Part shown: positions 38,882-48,552 of the stretch, piece after piece | Numbering within the stretch: the first letter of the stretch is position 1 | Layout: each line of letters starts with the position of its first letter | Origin: an uncultured Gammaproteobacteria bacterium | GTDB lineage: Bacteria > Pseudomonadota > Gammaproteobacteria > Steroidobacterales > Steroidobacteraceae | Length of the DNA: 64,000 nucleotides | Assembly: GCA_963735775.1 (NCBI GenBank) | Contig: CAVTMG010000002.1 | Location: forward strand, 459,904 to 523,903 | Reading direction: 5' to 3' | Translations under genes and position numbers: made by a program | The notes under the pieces: model-generated | Told to the model about the DNA's origin: nothing | Database searches by the model: none | Seen by the model: only the letters and a program-made list of their open reading frames with translations

Positions 38882-39499
38882 CTAGGCCGCGATCGGTTGC
38901 GCCAACAGATGGTCGATCTTCGCCCGTGCGCCGCTCAGCGACGACTCTCTGCTTTCGGCGCCGATGGCCAGCCCTTCGGCATAGACGAACTCCACGTCCG
39001 AGATGCCGACGAAGCGCAGGAAGTCGCGCACGTACTGTGTCTGTGTATCAAGCGAGGTGCCGGTGTACAAGCCACCCCTGGCCGCGAACACGTAGGCCTT
39101 CTTGCCGGTGAGCAAACCGACCGGGCCCGCGGCCGTGTAGCGGAAAGTCAGGCCGGCGCGCGCAATGTGATCGAAATAGGCCTTGAGCTGCGACGGTACG
39201 CCAAAGTTGTACATCGGCAGGCCCAGGACCACCACGTCGGCCTGTTTGAGCTCCTCAATCAGGGTTGCGGAATACTCGGCCACCGCGCGCTGTTCGGCGT
39301 CACGCTGCTCGGGCGCAGCAGCGAACGCGGCAAAGCGTGCGGCGCTCAGGTGCGGTACCGGCGCGAGTGCCAGGTCGCGCTGGATGAGCTGCGCACGCGG
39401 ATTGCGCGCGCGCCATGTGGCCACGAAACGGGCCGCGAGCTGGGTGGATTGACCCTGCTCGCCGTAAATGCTGGCGTTGATCTGCAATAGCGTGCTCAT
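38882..39499 (-). CDS. azoR: FMN-dependent NADH-azoreductase
   Basis: MSTLLQINASIYGEQGQST.L......W.......L..RDL, then ..ADVVVLGLPMYNFGVPSQLKAYFDHI. Confidence 0.85.
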   Translation of the reverse strand: MSTLLQINASIYGEQGQSTQLAARFVATWRARNPRAQLIQRDLALAPVPHLSAARFAAFAAAPEQRDAEQRAVAEYSATLIEELKQADVVVLGLPMYNFGVPSQLKAYFDHIARAGLTFRYTAAGPVGLLTGKKAYVFAARGGLYTGTSLDTQTQYVRDFLRFVGISDVEFVYAEGLAIGAESRESSLSGARAKIDHLLAQPIAA

Positions 39500-39586
39500 G
39501 TTCAGTCTCCGTCTGTCGGCTGGGTTTGCTGCCGCGGAGTAGTTAACTATCAATCAGATTCATATAAAAGTACAATAAATCGCTAC

Positions 39587-39601
39587 ATTCAATCAGTTAA
39601 T
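39587..39601. promoter_or_regulatory. ATTCAATCAGTTAAT (ATT-N9-AAT, T-N11-A type); candidate LysR box
   Basis: Lies in the AT-rich azoR / lysR divergent region. A related TCAATCAGAT copy is at 39550-39559. Confidence 0.35.
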
Positions 39602-39611
39602 TGGATATGTC

Positions 39612-40517
39612 ATGGCTGCGTCCCCGCGTATTTCCCTCGAGCAATGGCGCGCGCTGCAGGCGGTGGTGAACGCGGGCGGTTATGCGCAGGCCGCAGCGGT
39701 GCTGCATAAAAGCCAATCCGCAGTGACCTATGCGGTGCAAAAGATCGAGCGTCAGCTGCAGCTCAAGTTGTTCGAAATTCACGGGCGCAAAGCCTCGCTG
39801 ACCCAGGCCGGCACAGTGCTGTACCGGCGCGCGCAGTCGTTGCTCGAGGAAGCCGGTGCGGTGGAAGATGCGGCCCACACGCTCGCGGCCGGCTGGGAGA
39901 GCGAAATCTCGCTGGCGGTAGAGATCATTTTCCCCACCTGGCTGCTATTGCAGTGCTTCGCGCGTTTCGCGCTCGAACGCCCGCAAATCCGCATCGAGCT
40001 GTACGAGACCGTGCTCAGCGGTACGGACGAGGCGCTGGCGCAGCGGCGGGTGCAATTCGCGATCGGCTCCCAGGTGCCACCCGGATTCGTCGGCGATGCA
40101 CTGATGCCGGTGCGTTTCGTGGCCGCCGCGCACCCGCAGCATCCGTTACACCAGCTGGCTCGGGAGCTCACGCCACGCGATTTAAAGCAATACCGTCAGC
40201 TCGTGGTTCGCGACTCCGGATCCAGGCGCAGCCGCAGCGCCCCGTGGCTGGGTGCCGAGCAACGCTGGACCTTCAGCAACAAGGCCACCTCGATCCGCGC
40301 GGCGCTGTCCGGGCTCGGATTCGCATGGTTCGCGGAGGACACCATTCGCACTGAACTGGACCAGGGGCTGCTCAAGCCTTTGCGCCTGCGTGAGGGCGGC
40401 GAGCAATGGGTACAGCTGTACCTGATCTATGCCGATCGCGACCAGACCGGCCCGGGAGCTACGCGTCTTGCCGAGATCATCCGCCTCGAAGTCAAAGCAG
40501 CTTGCCGGGGTTCATGA
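39612..40517 (+). CDS. LysR-family transcriptional regulator
   Basis: Has the N-terminal HTH ..LEQWRALQAVVNAGGYAQAAAVLHKSQSAVTYAVQKIERQLQLKLF and a C-terminal substrate-binding fold of LysR length (301 aa). Confidence 0.85.
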   Translation: MAASPRISLEQWRALQAVVNAGGYAQAAAVLHKSQSAVTYAVQKIERQLQLKLFEIHGRKASLTQAGTVLYRRAQSLLEEAGAVEDAAHTLAAGWESEISLAVEIIFPTWLLLQCFARFALERPQIRIELYETVLSGTDEALAQRRVQFAIGSQVPPGFVGDALMPVRFVAAAHPQHPLHQLARELTPRDLKQYRQLVVRDSGSRRSRSAPWLGAEQRWTFSNKATSIRAALSGLGFAWFAEDTIRTELDQGLLKPLRLREGGEQWVQLYLIYADRDQTGPGATRLAEIIRLEVKAACRGS

Positions 40518-41914
40518 TGCCGTTGGGGTCGAGCGCCTGTTTGATGGCGCGCATGGCGGCGAGCGCTACCGGTGTCGCATAGCGTTGCAGTTCCTCGCGC
40601 TTGAGATGGCCGATGCCGTGCTCGGCGCTGATGCTGCCGTGATAGCGCGCCACCAGATCGTGAATGGCCCGGCGTATCGCCGGCTCGCGTGCCAGGAACG
40701 CCTCATCGGCGGCGCCGTCGATACGATTGATGTTGAAGTGCAGGTTGCCGTCACCGGCATGACCGTAGCAAACCAGCACGCCCTCGGGAACCCGCTCACT
40801 CACCCACTGCGAAGCCTCGCTGATGAATTGCGGCAGCGAGGCCACCGGCACCGAGATGTCGTGTTTGAGGCTTACTCCGGCGCGCCGCTGCGCGTCCGGT
40901 ACGTGCTCGCGCAGGTGCCAGAAAGCTGCGCGCACGCGCTCGCTGTTGGCCAGCGCGGCATCGAGTACCAGCGAGCGCTCGCTCGCGCGCGGCGAGCGTC
41001 TGCTGCAGCAGCTCGTCGAGATCTTCCTCGGCACTGGAAGTGAGCTCGCACAGGATGTACCACGGGTAGGGCTGATCGAGCGGATCCCGGACGCCGTCAA
41101 TGAAGCGCGCGGTGAGCTCGATCGCGATGCGCGGCAGCAGCTCGAAGGAGCTCAGCCGCTCGCCGCCTGCTGCCCGCAACATCGCCAGCAGCTCCAGCGC
41201 GTCGGCCGGCGTCGCCAGGCCCACCAGCGCGGTCGCGGTGCTGCGCATTCTCGGCCACAGCTTGAGCGTCGCCGCGGTAATCACCGCCAGCGTGCCTTCG
41301 GAACCGATCAACAGCGATTTAAGATCGTAGCCGGTATTGTCCTTGCGCAGCGATTTGAGTCCATGCAACACGCTGCCGTCGGCCAGCACCGCCTCGATGC
41401 CCAGTACCAGATCGCGCGTCATGCCATAGCGCACCACATTGAGACCACCAGCGTTGGTGCCCAGATTGCCGCCAATCTGGCAGCTACCTTCGGCGCCCAG
41501 GCTCAAAGGGAAAAAACGCTCGGCCGCCGCCGCCGCCTGCTGCACGTTCGCCAGCACGCAGCCGGCCTCCACGGTCATGGAAAAATTGGCGGCGTCGACG
41601 GCGCGTATGCGATTGAGGCGGCGCAGGCTCAGCACCACCTGCTGCCCGGATTCATCGGGAGTCGCCGCGCCGCAGTAGCCGGTGTTGCCGCCCTGCGGCA
41701 CCAGGCCGACGCGGCGCTGGTTGCACCAGGCGGTCACGGCAGCGACCTGCTCGACAGTTCGCGGCAGCAGCACCGCCAACGCCCGGCCGCGATACAGGCG
41801 CCGCTGATCGATCTCAAAGCTTTCGGTGTCTTCCGGCCGGGTCAATACCGCCTCGGCACCCAGCAATGCGCGAAGCTCCTCGTGCCACGACTGCGCTGAA
41901 GGCTGGAGGCTCAA
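40492..41914 (-). pseudogene. FAD-binding (FAD_binding_4 / GlcD-like) oxidoreductase, 1 frameshift near 41000
   Basis: The N-terminal ORF has ..VLLPRTVEQVAAVTAWCNQRRVGLVPQGGNTGYCG..GTLAVIT. The C-terminal ORF has ..HAGDGNLHFNI..ISAEHGIG..LDPNGIMNPGKLL. Its start overlaps the stop of the upstream methyltransferase (ATGA). Confidence 0.8.
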
Positions 41915-43188
41915 TGGAGCGGTGCGCGGCGACAGTTCGGCTTGGTCAGCAATATCTGCACATCGCCCAGCTGGCGTTCAGCGAATCCGCCTTCGCTATA
42001 GCACAGATAGAATTCCCATAGCCGCACGAAGCTGTCGCTGTAGCCCAGGCGGCGCACTTCGGGCAGGTGCGCGAAGAAATTCCGGCGCCATTCGGCCAGC
42101 GTGCGCGCGTAGTGCGGACCGATGTCCTCGAGATGAAAGATCTTGAGATCGCTGGCGCGGGAGATGGCCGCCGACAGGGCCGTGATCGAAGGAATGAAAC
42201 TGCCGGGGAAGACGAAGCGCTGGATGTAGTCGACCGAACGCAGCGCCTGGGCGTACAGCTGATCCTGTATCGTAATCGCCTGCAGCAGCATGGCGCCGTC
42301 GTTTGCCAGCAGCGCGCTGCACTGGCGGAAATAGCCTTCGAGATAGCCGGCGCCGACCGCCTCGATCATCTCGATGGAGACCAGCTTGTCATAGCGGCCT
42401 GTCAGTTCGCGATAATCCTGCAGCAACAGTGTCACCCGGTGCTGCAGGCCGGCAGCTGCGATGCGCGCGCGTGCATACTGGTATTGTGCCTGGGAGATGG
42501 TGGTGGTGGTCACGTGACAGCCATACTGTTGTGCGGCGTGAATTGCAAGTCCGCCCCAGCCGGTACCGATCTCCAGCAGATGATCCGAGGGCGTGAGCGC
42601 GAGCTTTCGGCAGGCGGCATCGAATTTCGCGCGTGAGGCTTGCTGCAGTGTTGCCTGTTCACGCTCGAAAATGGCGCACGAGTACGCCATGGTTTCATCG
42701 AGCATGAGAGCGTAAAGGTCGTTGCCCAGATCGTAGTGCGCGGAGATGTTGCGCGCACTGCCGTGCCTGCTGTTGCGATGGAGATAGTGATATAGCTTGT
42801 ACAGCGGCCGGCTCAGGCGCGCCAAGCCGCTCTCGAGCCCGCTCAGCGCCGCGCGATTGCGTACCATGATGCGCATCAATGCCGTCAGATCATCGCAGCT
42901 CCACAGGCCGCGAATATAAGCCTCGCCTGCGCCGATGCTGCCGCCAAAGGCGGTATCGAGATAGAACCGCGGATCCGCGATGCGCAGCGTCGCGCTCAGG
43001 CTGCAGGCGGCGCTCTTGCGCCCGTATCGGCACTCGCCGTCTTCATCGATCAGGCGCAGCTCGCCGAACTCCAGCTGCTGGAGGGCGCGGCGCACAGCCG
43101 TGCGCGCCAGTCGCAGCAGCGGCGAGACCGGCGCGGCGCTGCCGGCGCTGGCGCGCGCACCGGCAACCGGGATGATGCTGGTCTTCAT
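41911..43188 (-). CDS. cyclopropane-fatty-acyl-phospholipid synthase-family SAM-dependent lipid methyltransferase
   Basis: Contains ..NISAHYDLGNDLYALMLDETMAYSCAIF.., LLEIGTGWGGLAIHAA, ..VSIEMIEAVG.. and ..LWEFYLCYSEGGF. The ATG at 43188 overlaps the desaturase stop. Confidence 0.8.
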   Translation of the reverse strand: MKTSIIPVAGARASAGSAAPVSPLLRLARTAVRRALQQLEFGELRLIDEDGECRYGRKSAACSLSATLRIADPRFYLDTAFGGSIGAGEAYIRGLWSCDDLTALMRIMVRNRAALSGLESGLARLSRPLYKLYHYLHRNSRHGSARNISAHYDLGNDLYALMLDETMAYSCAIFEREQATLQQASRAKFDAACRKLALTPSDHLLEIGTGWGGLAIHAAQQYGCHVTTTTISQAQYQYARARIAAAGLQHRVTLLLQDYRELTGRYDKLVSIEMIEAVGAGYLEGYFRQCSALLANDGAMLLQAITIQDQLYAQALRSVDYIQRFVFPGSFIPSITALSAAISRASDLKIFHLEDIGPHYARTLAEWRRNFFAHLPEVRRLGYSDSFVRLWEFYLCYSEGGFAERQLGDVQILLTKPNCRRAPLH

Positions 43189-44156
43189 GCCAGCCGGCGC
43201 CGCGGATTGTCGCGCACCGGCACCGGTATGGTCTTCAGATCCCAGATCAGACCCAGACAGGACATGAACTTGAGCAGGTAGTAAGTCAGGTCGTATTCCC
43301 ACCAGTAAAAGCCCTGACGCGCCGCGCTCGGGTAGTAATGATGATTATTGTGCCAGCCTTCACCGAGGGTGAGGATGGCGAGCAGCCAGTTGTTGCGACT
43401 GCTGTCGCCGGTACGGTATCGCTGGCGGCCAAACAGGTGCGAGAGGGAATTGATGGTGTAGGTGGCGTGCCAGCACACCACGGTCGAGACGAAGAATCCC
43501 CAGACCAGCATTTGCGCGGCGCTGGTTTGCAGATAAGGCGCGGAATGCGCCAGTGCGCGTCCGAGTCCGAACATGCCGAAGGCAAAGGCCACCGGCACCA
43601 GGATATCGTAGCGGTCGAGCCAGCGCAGTTCGGGAAATCTCAGCCAGTCGCGCGCCAGGCGCAGATCAGGCGCGAATCCCCTGATGGTCAGGAACCAGCC
43701 CATGTGGGCGCGCAGGAAGCCGTGCTGTGAGGGCGAGTGCAGGTCTGAGCGGTTGTCGGAGTTCGCGTGATGATGCCGGTGGTGCGCGGCCCACCACACC
43801 GGCCCGCGTTGCACGGCGGCGGCGCCCAGCAGGCCGAAGACAAACTGAGCGGCGCGTGAGGTCTTGAATGAGCGATGCGAGAAATAGCGATGGTAGAAGC
43901 CCGTGATCGCGAACATGCGTACCAGGTAGGCGGTAAATGCCGCCAGCACCGCGCTCGGGCTGACGCCCACCCAGAAGACTCCCAGGCAGGCCAGGTGCAT
44001 GAGCACGAACGGCAGGATTCTGGCCCAGTCGATGCGATCGGGCGGGTTATCGGGCGCGCTGAGCGCGTAGCCGCGGCCGCTGTCGAACCAGCGCACGAAG
44101 CTGCCGACGAGGCTGCCGGGCAGGTCGGTCGCCGCACGAGGGGTGGAATGGATCAT
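43185..44156 (-). CDS. membrane acyl-CoA/acyl-lipid (delta-9 type) fatty-acid desaturase
   Basis: Has His boxes HRYFSH, HHRHHH and HNNHH, with 4 predicted TM segments. Confidence 0.85.
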   Translation of the reverse strand: MIHSTPRAATDLPGSLVGSFVRWFDSGRGYALSAPDNPPDRIDWARILPFVLMHLACLGVFWVGVSPSAVLAAFTAYLVRMFAITGFYHRYFSHRSFKTSRAAQFVFGLLGAAAVQRGPVWWAAHHRHHHANSDNRSDLHSPSQHGFLRAHMGWFLTIRGFAPDLRLARDWLRFPELRWLDRYDILVPVAFAFGMFGLGRALAHSAPYLQTSAAQMLVWGFFVSTVVCWHATYTINSLSHLFGRQRYRTGDSSRNNWLLAILTLGEGWHNNHHYYPSAARQGFYWWEYDLTYYLLKFMSCLGLIWDLKTIPVPVRDNPRRRLA

Positions 44157-44180
44157 CTACCCAATAATCGTCTGATGGCC

Positions 44181-45059
44181 TCAAACGGATGCACTGCGCA
44201 GTGCGGCAATGCGTTGCGCGATGGGTGGATGGCTCGAGAACAGGCGCTGCCAGCTCGCGGCCTCGCCGCCGGAGATGCCAAAGGCGCTCAAATTTGACGG
44301 CAGGGGCTCATCGTGCGCCTGTTGCAGGCGCTCGAGCGCGCCGATCATTTGCTCGCGGCCGGCCAGCCGGGCACCGCCCGCGTCGGCGCGAAACTCGCGC
44401 TGCCGCGAGAACCACATCACGATCATGCTGGCCAATATCCCGAGTAGCAGCTGCGTGACCAGCACGGTGACGAAATAAGCCGGCCCCTGGCCCTGGTTGT
44501 CGCGCGACATCGAACGATCGACGATATTGCCGACGATGCGCGACAGGAAAATGACGAAGGTGTTGACCACGCCCGAGATCAGCGTCAGCGTGACCATGTC
44601 GCCGTTGGCGACGTGGGTAATCTCATGACCGAGCACAGCTTCTATTTCGCTGCGATTCATCGATGCCAGCAGGCCTGAGCTGACCGCCACCAGCGCATGA
44701 TCGCGCCGGGGCCCGGTGGCGAAGGCGTTCGGTTGCGCAGACTCGAAGATCCCCACTTCCGGCATGCCGATTCCTGAGCGCTGCGCCAGCGCGCGCACGG
44801 TCTCGATCAGCCACTGCTCACCGGCAGTAGCCGGCGCGTCGATGACACGCAGACCCGTGGCGCGCTTGGCCAGCCACTTGGACAGACCCAGGGACACGAA
44901 CGCACCCGAAAAACCAAAGAACGCGGCAAACACCAGCAACGCGCCCAGGCTGCTGCCCTCGCGGGCAAGCCAGGCATCCAGCCCGGTGAGCTGCGCCACG
45001 ATCGACAGCACCAGCAAGATGGCCAGATTGGTCAGTATGAAAAGGGCTATGCGCTTCAT
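44181..45059 (-). CDS. htpX: zinc metalloprotease HtpX
   Basis: Has N-terminal TM helices, a HEITHVANGD zinc site and a C-terminal ..FSSHPPIAQRIAAL. Confidence 0.9.
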   Translation of the reverse strand: MKRIALFILTNLAILLVLSIVAQLTGLDAWLAREGSSLGALLVFAAFFGFSGAFVSLGLSKWLAKRATGLRVIDAPATAGEQWLIETVRALAQRSGIGMPEVGIFESAQPNAFATGPRRDHALVAVSSGLLASMNRSEIEAVLGHEITHVANGDMVTLTLISGVVNTFVIFLSRIVGNIVDRSMSRDNQGQGPAYFVTVLVTQLLLGILASMIVMWFSRQREFRADAGGARLAGREQMIGALERLQQAHDEPLPSNLSAFGISGGEAASWQRLFSSHPPIAQRIAALRSASV

Positions 45060-45184
45060 AGACTGAAGGTGGTGGCGAAGACCGGAAACTCAATTGCCGG
45101 CGAGAGGCCGGGGGATGTTAATCCCCCTTGGCAATTCCCCCCTTATAATTCAAATACTAAGCTGCTATCCGGAGTCGCGGCAGC

Positions 45185-45523
45185 TCAGTAGCTTTCGTTT
45201 TCTTCCTCGTCCTCATCCAGGTCCTCATCGTCGTCCTCGTCTTCGTCCTCGTCCCAGGTTTCTTCGAGTTCTTCCTTTTCTTTTTTCTCGTCGTCCTCTT
45301 CCTCTTCTTCGGCCCCGGACCAGCCCTCCGGCTCGTCGATCTTTTCCAGGTCGAGTTCCTGCCAGGTATCAAGGTCGAGTTCCTCGATATCGCCGTCCAG
45401 ATACTCGATCTCGATCAGTTCGGAGTCCTCATCGATCGATAGCACGCGGAAGCTGTCATTCTCTTCGGCGTTTTCGTACCACTGACCCGCAACGGGTTCA
45501 TATTCTCTGGCCACCGGATGCAA
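45185..45523 (-). CDS. hyper-acidic small protein (function unknown)
   Basis: 112 aa. The C-terminal half is almost entirely D/E (..EEEEEDDEKKEKEELEETWDEDEDEDDDEDLDEDEEENESY). Confidence 0.55.
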   Translation of the reverse strand: MHPVAREYEPVAGQWYENAEENDSFRVLSIDEDSELIEIEYLDGDIEELDLDTWQELDLEKIDEPEGWSGAEEEEEDDEKKEKEELEETWDEDEDEDDDEDLDEDEEENESY

Positions 45524-45631
45524 TCCTCAAAGCTGTGTTGGGCGAACTAGGCGCGCCGCAGAGATATTAGGGCGGCGGCCGCGGTCAGGCAATCGCCTGC
45601 GCGCACTTGCCCTACAATAGCGATGGTGCTC

Positions 45632-46804
45632 ATGAGCGCACGAAAAACAACAGCCCTATCGACGCCTCTGACACAGGCGCGCCGTGTCGTGGTCAAGGTG
45701 GGATCCACGCTGCTGGTCGACGGCCGGACCGGGCGTCTCAATCGTTCCTGGCTCAAGACCCTGATCGAGGATCTGTTGCGCCTGCAGCGGCGTGGCCAGC
45801 AGGTGATTCTGGTGTCCTCCGGTGCGATCGCGCTGGGACGACGGCAATTGCAGCTCCCGGCCGGTGCGCTGCGCCTGGAGGAAAGTCAGGCCGCCGCCGC
45901 CGTGGGCCAGATCCGGCTCGCGCATGCCTACAAGGAACTGCTCGAGGACGGCGGCGTCCATGTGGCGCAAGTGCTGTTGACCCTGGAAGACAGCGAGCAG
46001 CGCACTCGCTACCTGAACGCCCGGGCCACCCTGGAAGCTCTGCTGTCACTGAAGGTCATTCCGGTCATCAACGAGAACGATACGGTCGCGACCGCGGAGA
46101 TCCGTTACGGTGATAACGATCGCCTGGCCGCGCGCGTGGCGCAGATGGCGAGCGCCGATTGCCTGGTACTGCTGTCGGACGTCGACGGGCTGTATACCTC
46201 CGACCCCAATCGCGATCCGAGCGCGCGTTTCATCGAGCGCGTGCTGCGCATCACTCCGGAGATCGAGGCCATGGCCGGCCGCTCGATGTCCGATCTGGGT
46301 TCGGGCGGCATGGCCACCAAGATCATGGCCGCGCGCATCGCGGTAAACGCCGGCTGCCATATGTGCATCGCCCTCGGACAGCCGCGCCATCCGATCCGGC
46401 GTATAGAAAACGGCGCGCGCTGCAGCTGGTTCGTGCCTACCTCCACGCCGCTGGCCGCACGCAAGCAATGGATTGCCGGCACCTTGCGGCCGGCAGGGGC
46501 GATCCACATCGACGCTGGCGCCATGCGCGCGCTGCACAGTGGCAAGAGTCTGCTGCCCGCCGGGGTCACCGGTACGGTAGGCCGTTTCGATTCGGGCGAT
46601 ACCGTCAGCGTGCTGGCACCGGGCGGCGCCGAAATCGCGCGCGGCATTGCCGCCTATTCCGACATCGATGCCGCGCGCATCATGGGCCGCCAGAGCAGCG
46701 AGATTGCGACCTTGCTGGGGTTTCGCGGTCGCGACGAATTGATCCACCGTGATGACATGGTCATTTTGCAGCACGATCATGGGCCGGCGCAGGACAAGGC
46801 ATGA
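45632..46804 (+). CDS. proB: glutamate 5-kinase
   Basis: Contains ..[12 protein letters not shown].., ..[12 protein letters not shown].., ..[21 protein letters not shown] and a C-terminal PUA domain. An alternative ATG is at 45623. Confidence 0.92.
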   Translation: MSARKTTALSTPLTQARRVVVKVGSTLLVDGRTGRLNRSWLKTLIEDLLRLQRRGQQVILVSSGAIALGRRQLQLPAGALRLEESQAAAAVGQIRLAHAYKELLEDGGVHVAQVLLTLEDSEQRTRYLNARATLEALLSLKVIPVINENDTVATAEIRYGDNDRLAARVAQMASADCLVLLSDVDGLYTSDPNRDPSARFIERVLRITPEIEAMAGRSMSDLGSGGMATKIMAARIAVNAGCHMCIALGQPRHPIRRIENGARCSWFVPTSTPLAARKQWIAGTLRPAGAIHIDAGAMRALHSGKSLLPAGVTGTVGRFDSGDTVSVLAPGGAEIARGIAAYSDIDAARIMGRQSSEIATLLGFRGRDELIHRDDMVILQHDHGPAQDKA

Positions 46805-48078
46805 GCAGCGCCGTCAAGTCCTATGTGCACGATCTCATGCAGGGGATCGGACGCGCGGCCGCGGCCGCGGCCGAGCAGTTGGCGCTGGTCCCGGGCGCGA
46901 CCAAGAATGAGGCGCTCGGCGCGGCCGCGGCGGCAGTGCGCGACCAGGCCGGCGCGATCCTGGCCGCCAACGCCGAGGACTTGCGCCAGGCGCAGGCCGC
47001 CGGCCTCGGCCAGGCAATGCTCGATCGTCTGCGGCTCGATGCACAGCGGGTCGACGCCATGGCGCGCGGCCTCGAAGACATCCTCGCCCTGAGCGATCCC
47101 ATCGGCGTCGAAACAGCCGCCTGGACCCGGCCCAATGGACTGCGGATCGCGCGCGTACGCGTGCCCCTGGGCGTAATCGGCATCATTTACGAAAGCCGGC
47201 CCAACGTCACCGCCGACGCCGGCGCGCTGTGCCTGAAATCCGGCAATGCCGCGATCTTGCGCGCCGGCTCGGACAGCCGGCACTCCAGTGCGGCCATACA
47301 CGCCTGCCTGCTGCATGGGCTGCGGGCGGCTGGCCTGCCGCCGGCGGCCATACAGTTGGTGCCGGTCAGCGATCGGGCGGCGGTGGGCGAGATGCTCGGC
47401 GGCATGCAGGAGTTCATCGATGTGCTGGTGCCGAGGGGTGGCAAGAGCCTGGTGGCGCGGGTACAGGCCGAGGCGCGGGTGCCGGTGATCGGCCACCTGG
47501 AAGGCAACTGTCATGTCTATGTCGATCGCGATGCCGATCTCACCATGGCGCGCCAGATCACGCTCAATGCCAAGATGCGGCGCACCGGCGTCTGCGGCGC
47601 GGTGGAAACGCTGCTGGTGGATCGCGCCTGCGCGGCCACGCACTTGCAGCCGTTGATTGCCGAGCTACTGGCGGCGGGCTGCGAAGTGCGCGGGGATGCC
47701 GCAGCCCTGGCCAGCGATGCGCGCGTCAAGCCGGCCAGCGAGATCGACTGGTGCACCGAATATCTCGATGCCATCATTGCGGTGCGGGTGGTGGACGGCG
47801 TCGATGAGGCCATCGCGCACATTGCACGTTACGGCTCCTCGCACACCGACGCCATCGTGACCGCGAATGCTGCCACCGCCGAGCGCTTTCTCACGCGCGT
47901 GGACAGCGCCATCGTGCTGCACAATGCCTCCACTCAGTTCGCCGACGGCGCGGAATTCGGCATGGGCGCGGAGATCGGCATCTCCACCGACCGCTTTCAT
48001 GCGCGCGGCCCCGTGGGAGTCGAACAGCTCACGAGCTACAAGTATCGCGTGCAGGGCAGCGGCCAGATACGGCCCTGA
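46801..48078 (+). CDS. proA: glutamate-5-semialdehyde dehydrogenase
   Basis: Contains ..[28 protein letters not shown].., ..CNA.ETLLV.. and ..HI..YGS.HTD.I. Overlaps the proB stop. Confidence 0.92.
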   Translation: MSSAVKSYVHDLMQGIGRAAAAAAEQLALVPGATKNEALGAAAAAVRDQAGAILAANAEDLRQAQAAGLGQAMLDRLRLDAQRVDAMARGLEDILALSDPIGVETAAWTRPNGLRIARVRVPLGVIGIIYESRPNVTADAGALCLKSGNAAILRAGSDSRHSSAAIHACLLHGLRAAGLPPAAIQLVPVSDRAAVGEMLGGMQEFIDVLVPRGGKSLVARVQAEARVPVIGHLEGNCHVYVDRDADLTMARQITLNAKMRRTGVCGAVETLLVDRACAATHLQPLIAELLAAGCEVRGDAAALASDARVKPASEIDWCTEYLDAIIAVRVVDGVDEAIAHIARYGSSHTDAIVTANAATAERFLTRVDSAIVLHNASTQFADGAEFGMGAEIGISTDRFHARGPVGVEQLTSYKYRVQGSGQIRP

Positions 48079-48090
48079 GGCCAGTGACGA

Positions 48091-48552
48091 TCACCCGTGA
48101 CTGTGACCGTGCTCGCGCGCAGGCGCGCCGGCACAATGTTCGCAGTTGACCCAACCGGAATCGCCGTCCTCGTAGTATTCCTTCTTCCAGATCGGGACGC
48201 GCTGCTTCACATGATCGATGATGTAGCGACAGGCGTCGAAGGCTTCGCCGCGGTGCGCGGCCGCGACGCCGACCCAGACCGCGAGCTCGCCGATCTGCAG
48301 GCTGCCGGTTCGGTGGGCACAGCAGGCGTGCTCGAGGCCAAAACGCTCACAGGCTTCGGTCAGGATGCGCTCGCCCTCGCGTAGCGCAAGTGGTGCAAAC
48401 GCCTCGTACTCGAGCTTGCGCACCGTGCGGCCTTCATTGTGGTCACGCACCGCGCCCGCAAAGGTGACGTAGCCGCCACAGTCCGGGTGACGCAGGCTCT
48501 CCAGCAGACGCTGCGGTTCCAACGCCAGCTCGTGCAGGCTGAAGCGATTCAT
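48091..48552 (-). CDS. moaE: molybdopterin synthase catalytic subunit
   Basis: Contains ..GGYVTFAGAVRDHNEGR.V..LEYEAF..LA......I........VAAAHR.EAF.AC.YIID.VK..VPIWKKE. Confidence 0.85.
   Translation of the reverse strand: MNRFSLHELALEPQRLLESLRHPDCGGYVTFAGAVRDHNEGRTVRKLEYEAFAPLALREGERILTEACERFGLEHACCAHRTGSLQIGELAVWVGVAAAHRGEAFDACRYIIDHVKQRVPIWKKEYYEDGDSGWVNCEHCAGAPAREHGHSHG

Noticed and set aside
45105-45122. GGGGGAT-GTTA-ATCCCCC hairpin as an intrinsic terminator
   Set aside because: It has a good 7-bp stem and the right position after the acidic-protein gene, but no U-tract on either strand. It is mentioned in a finding but not listed as a terminator feature.
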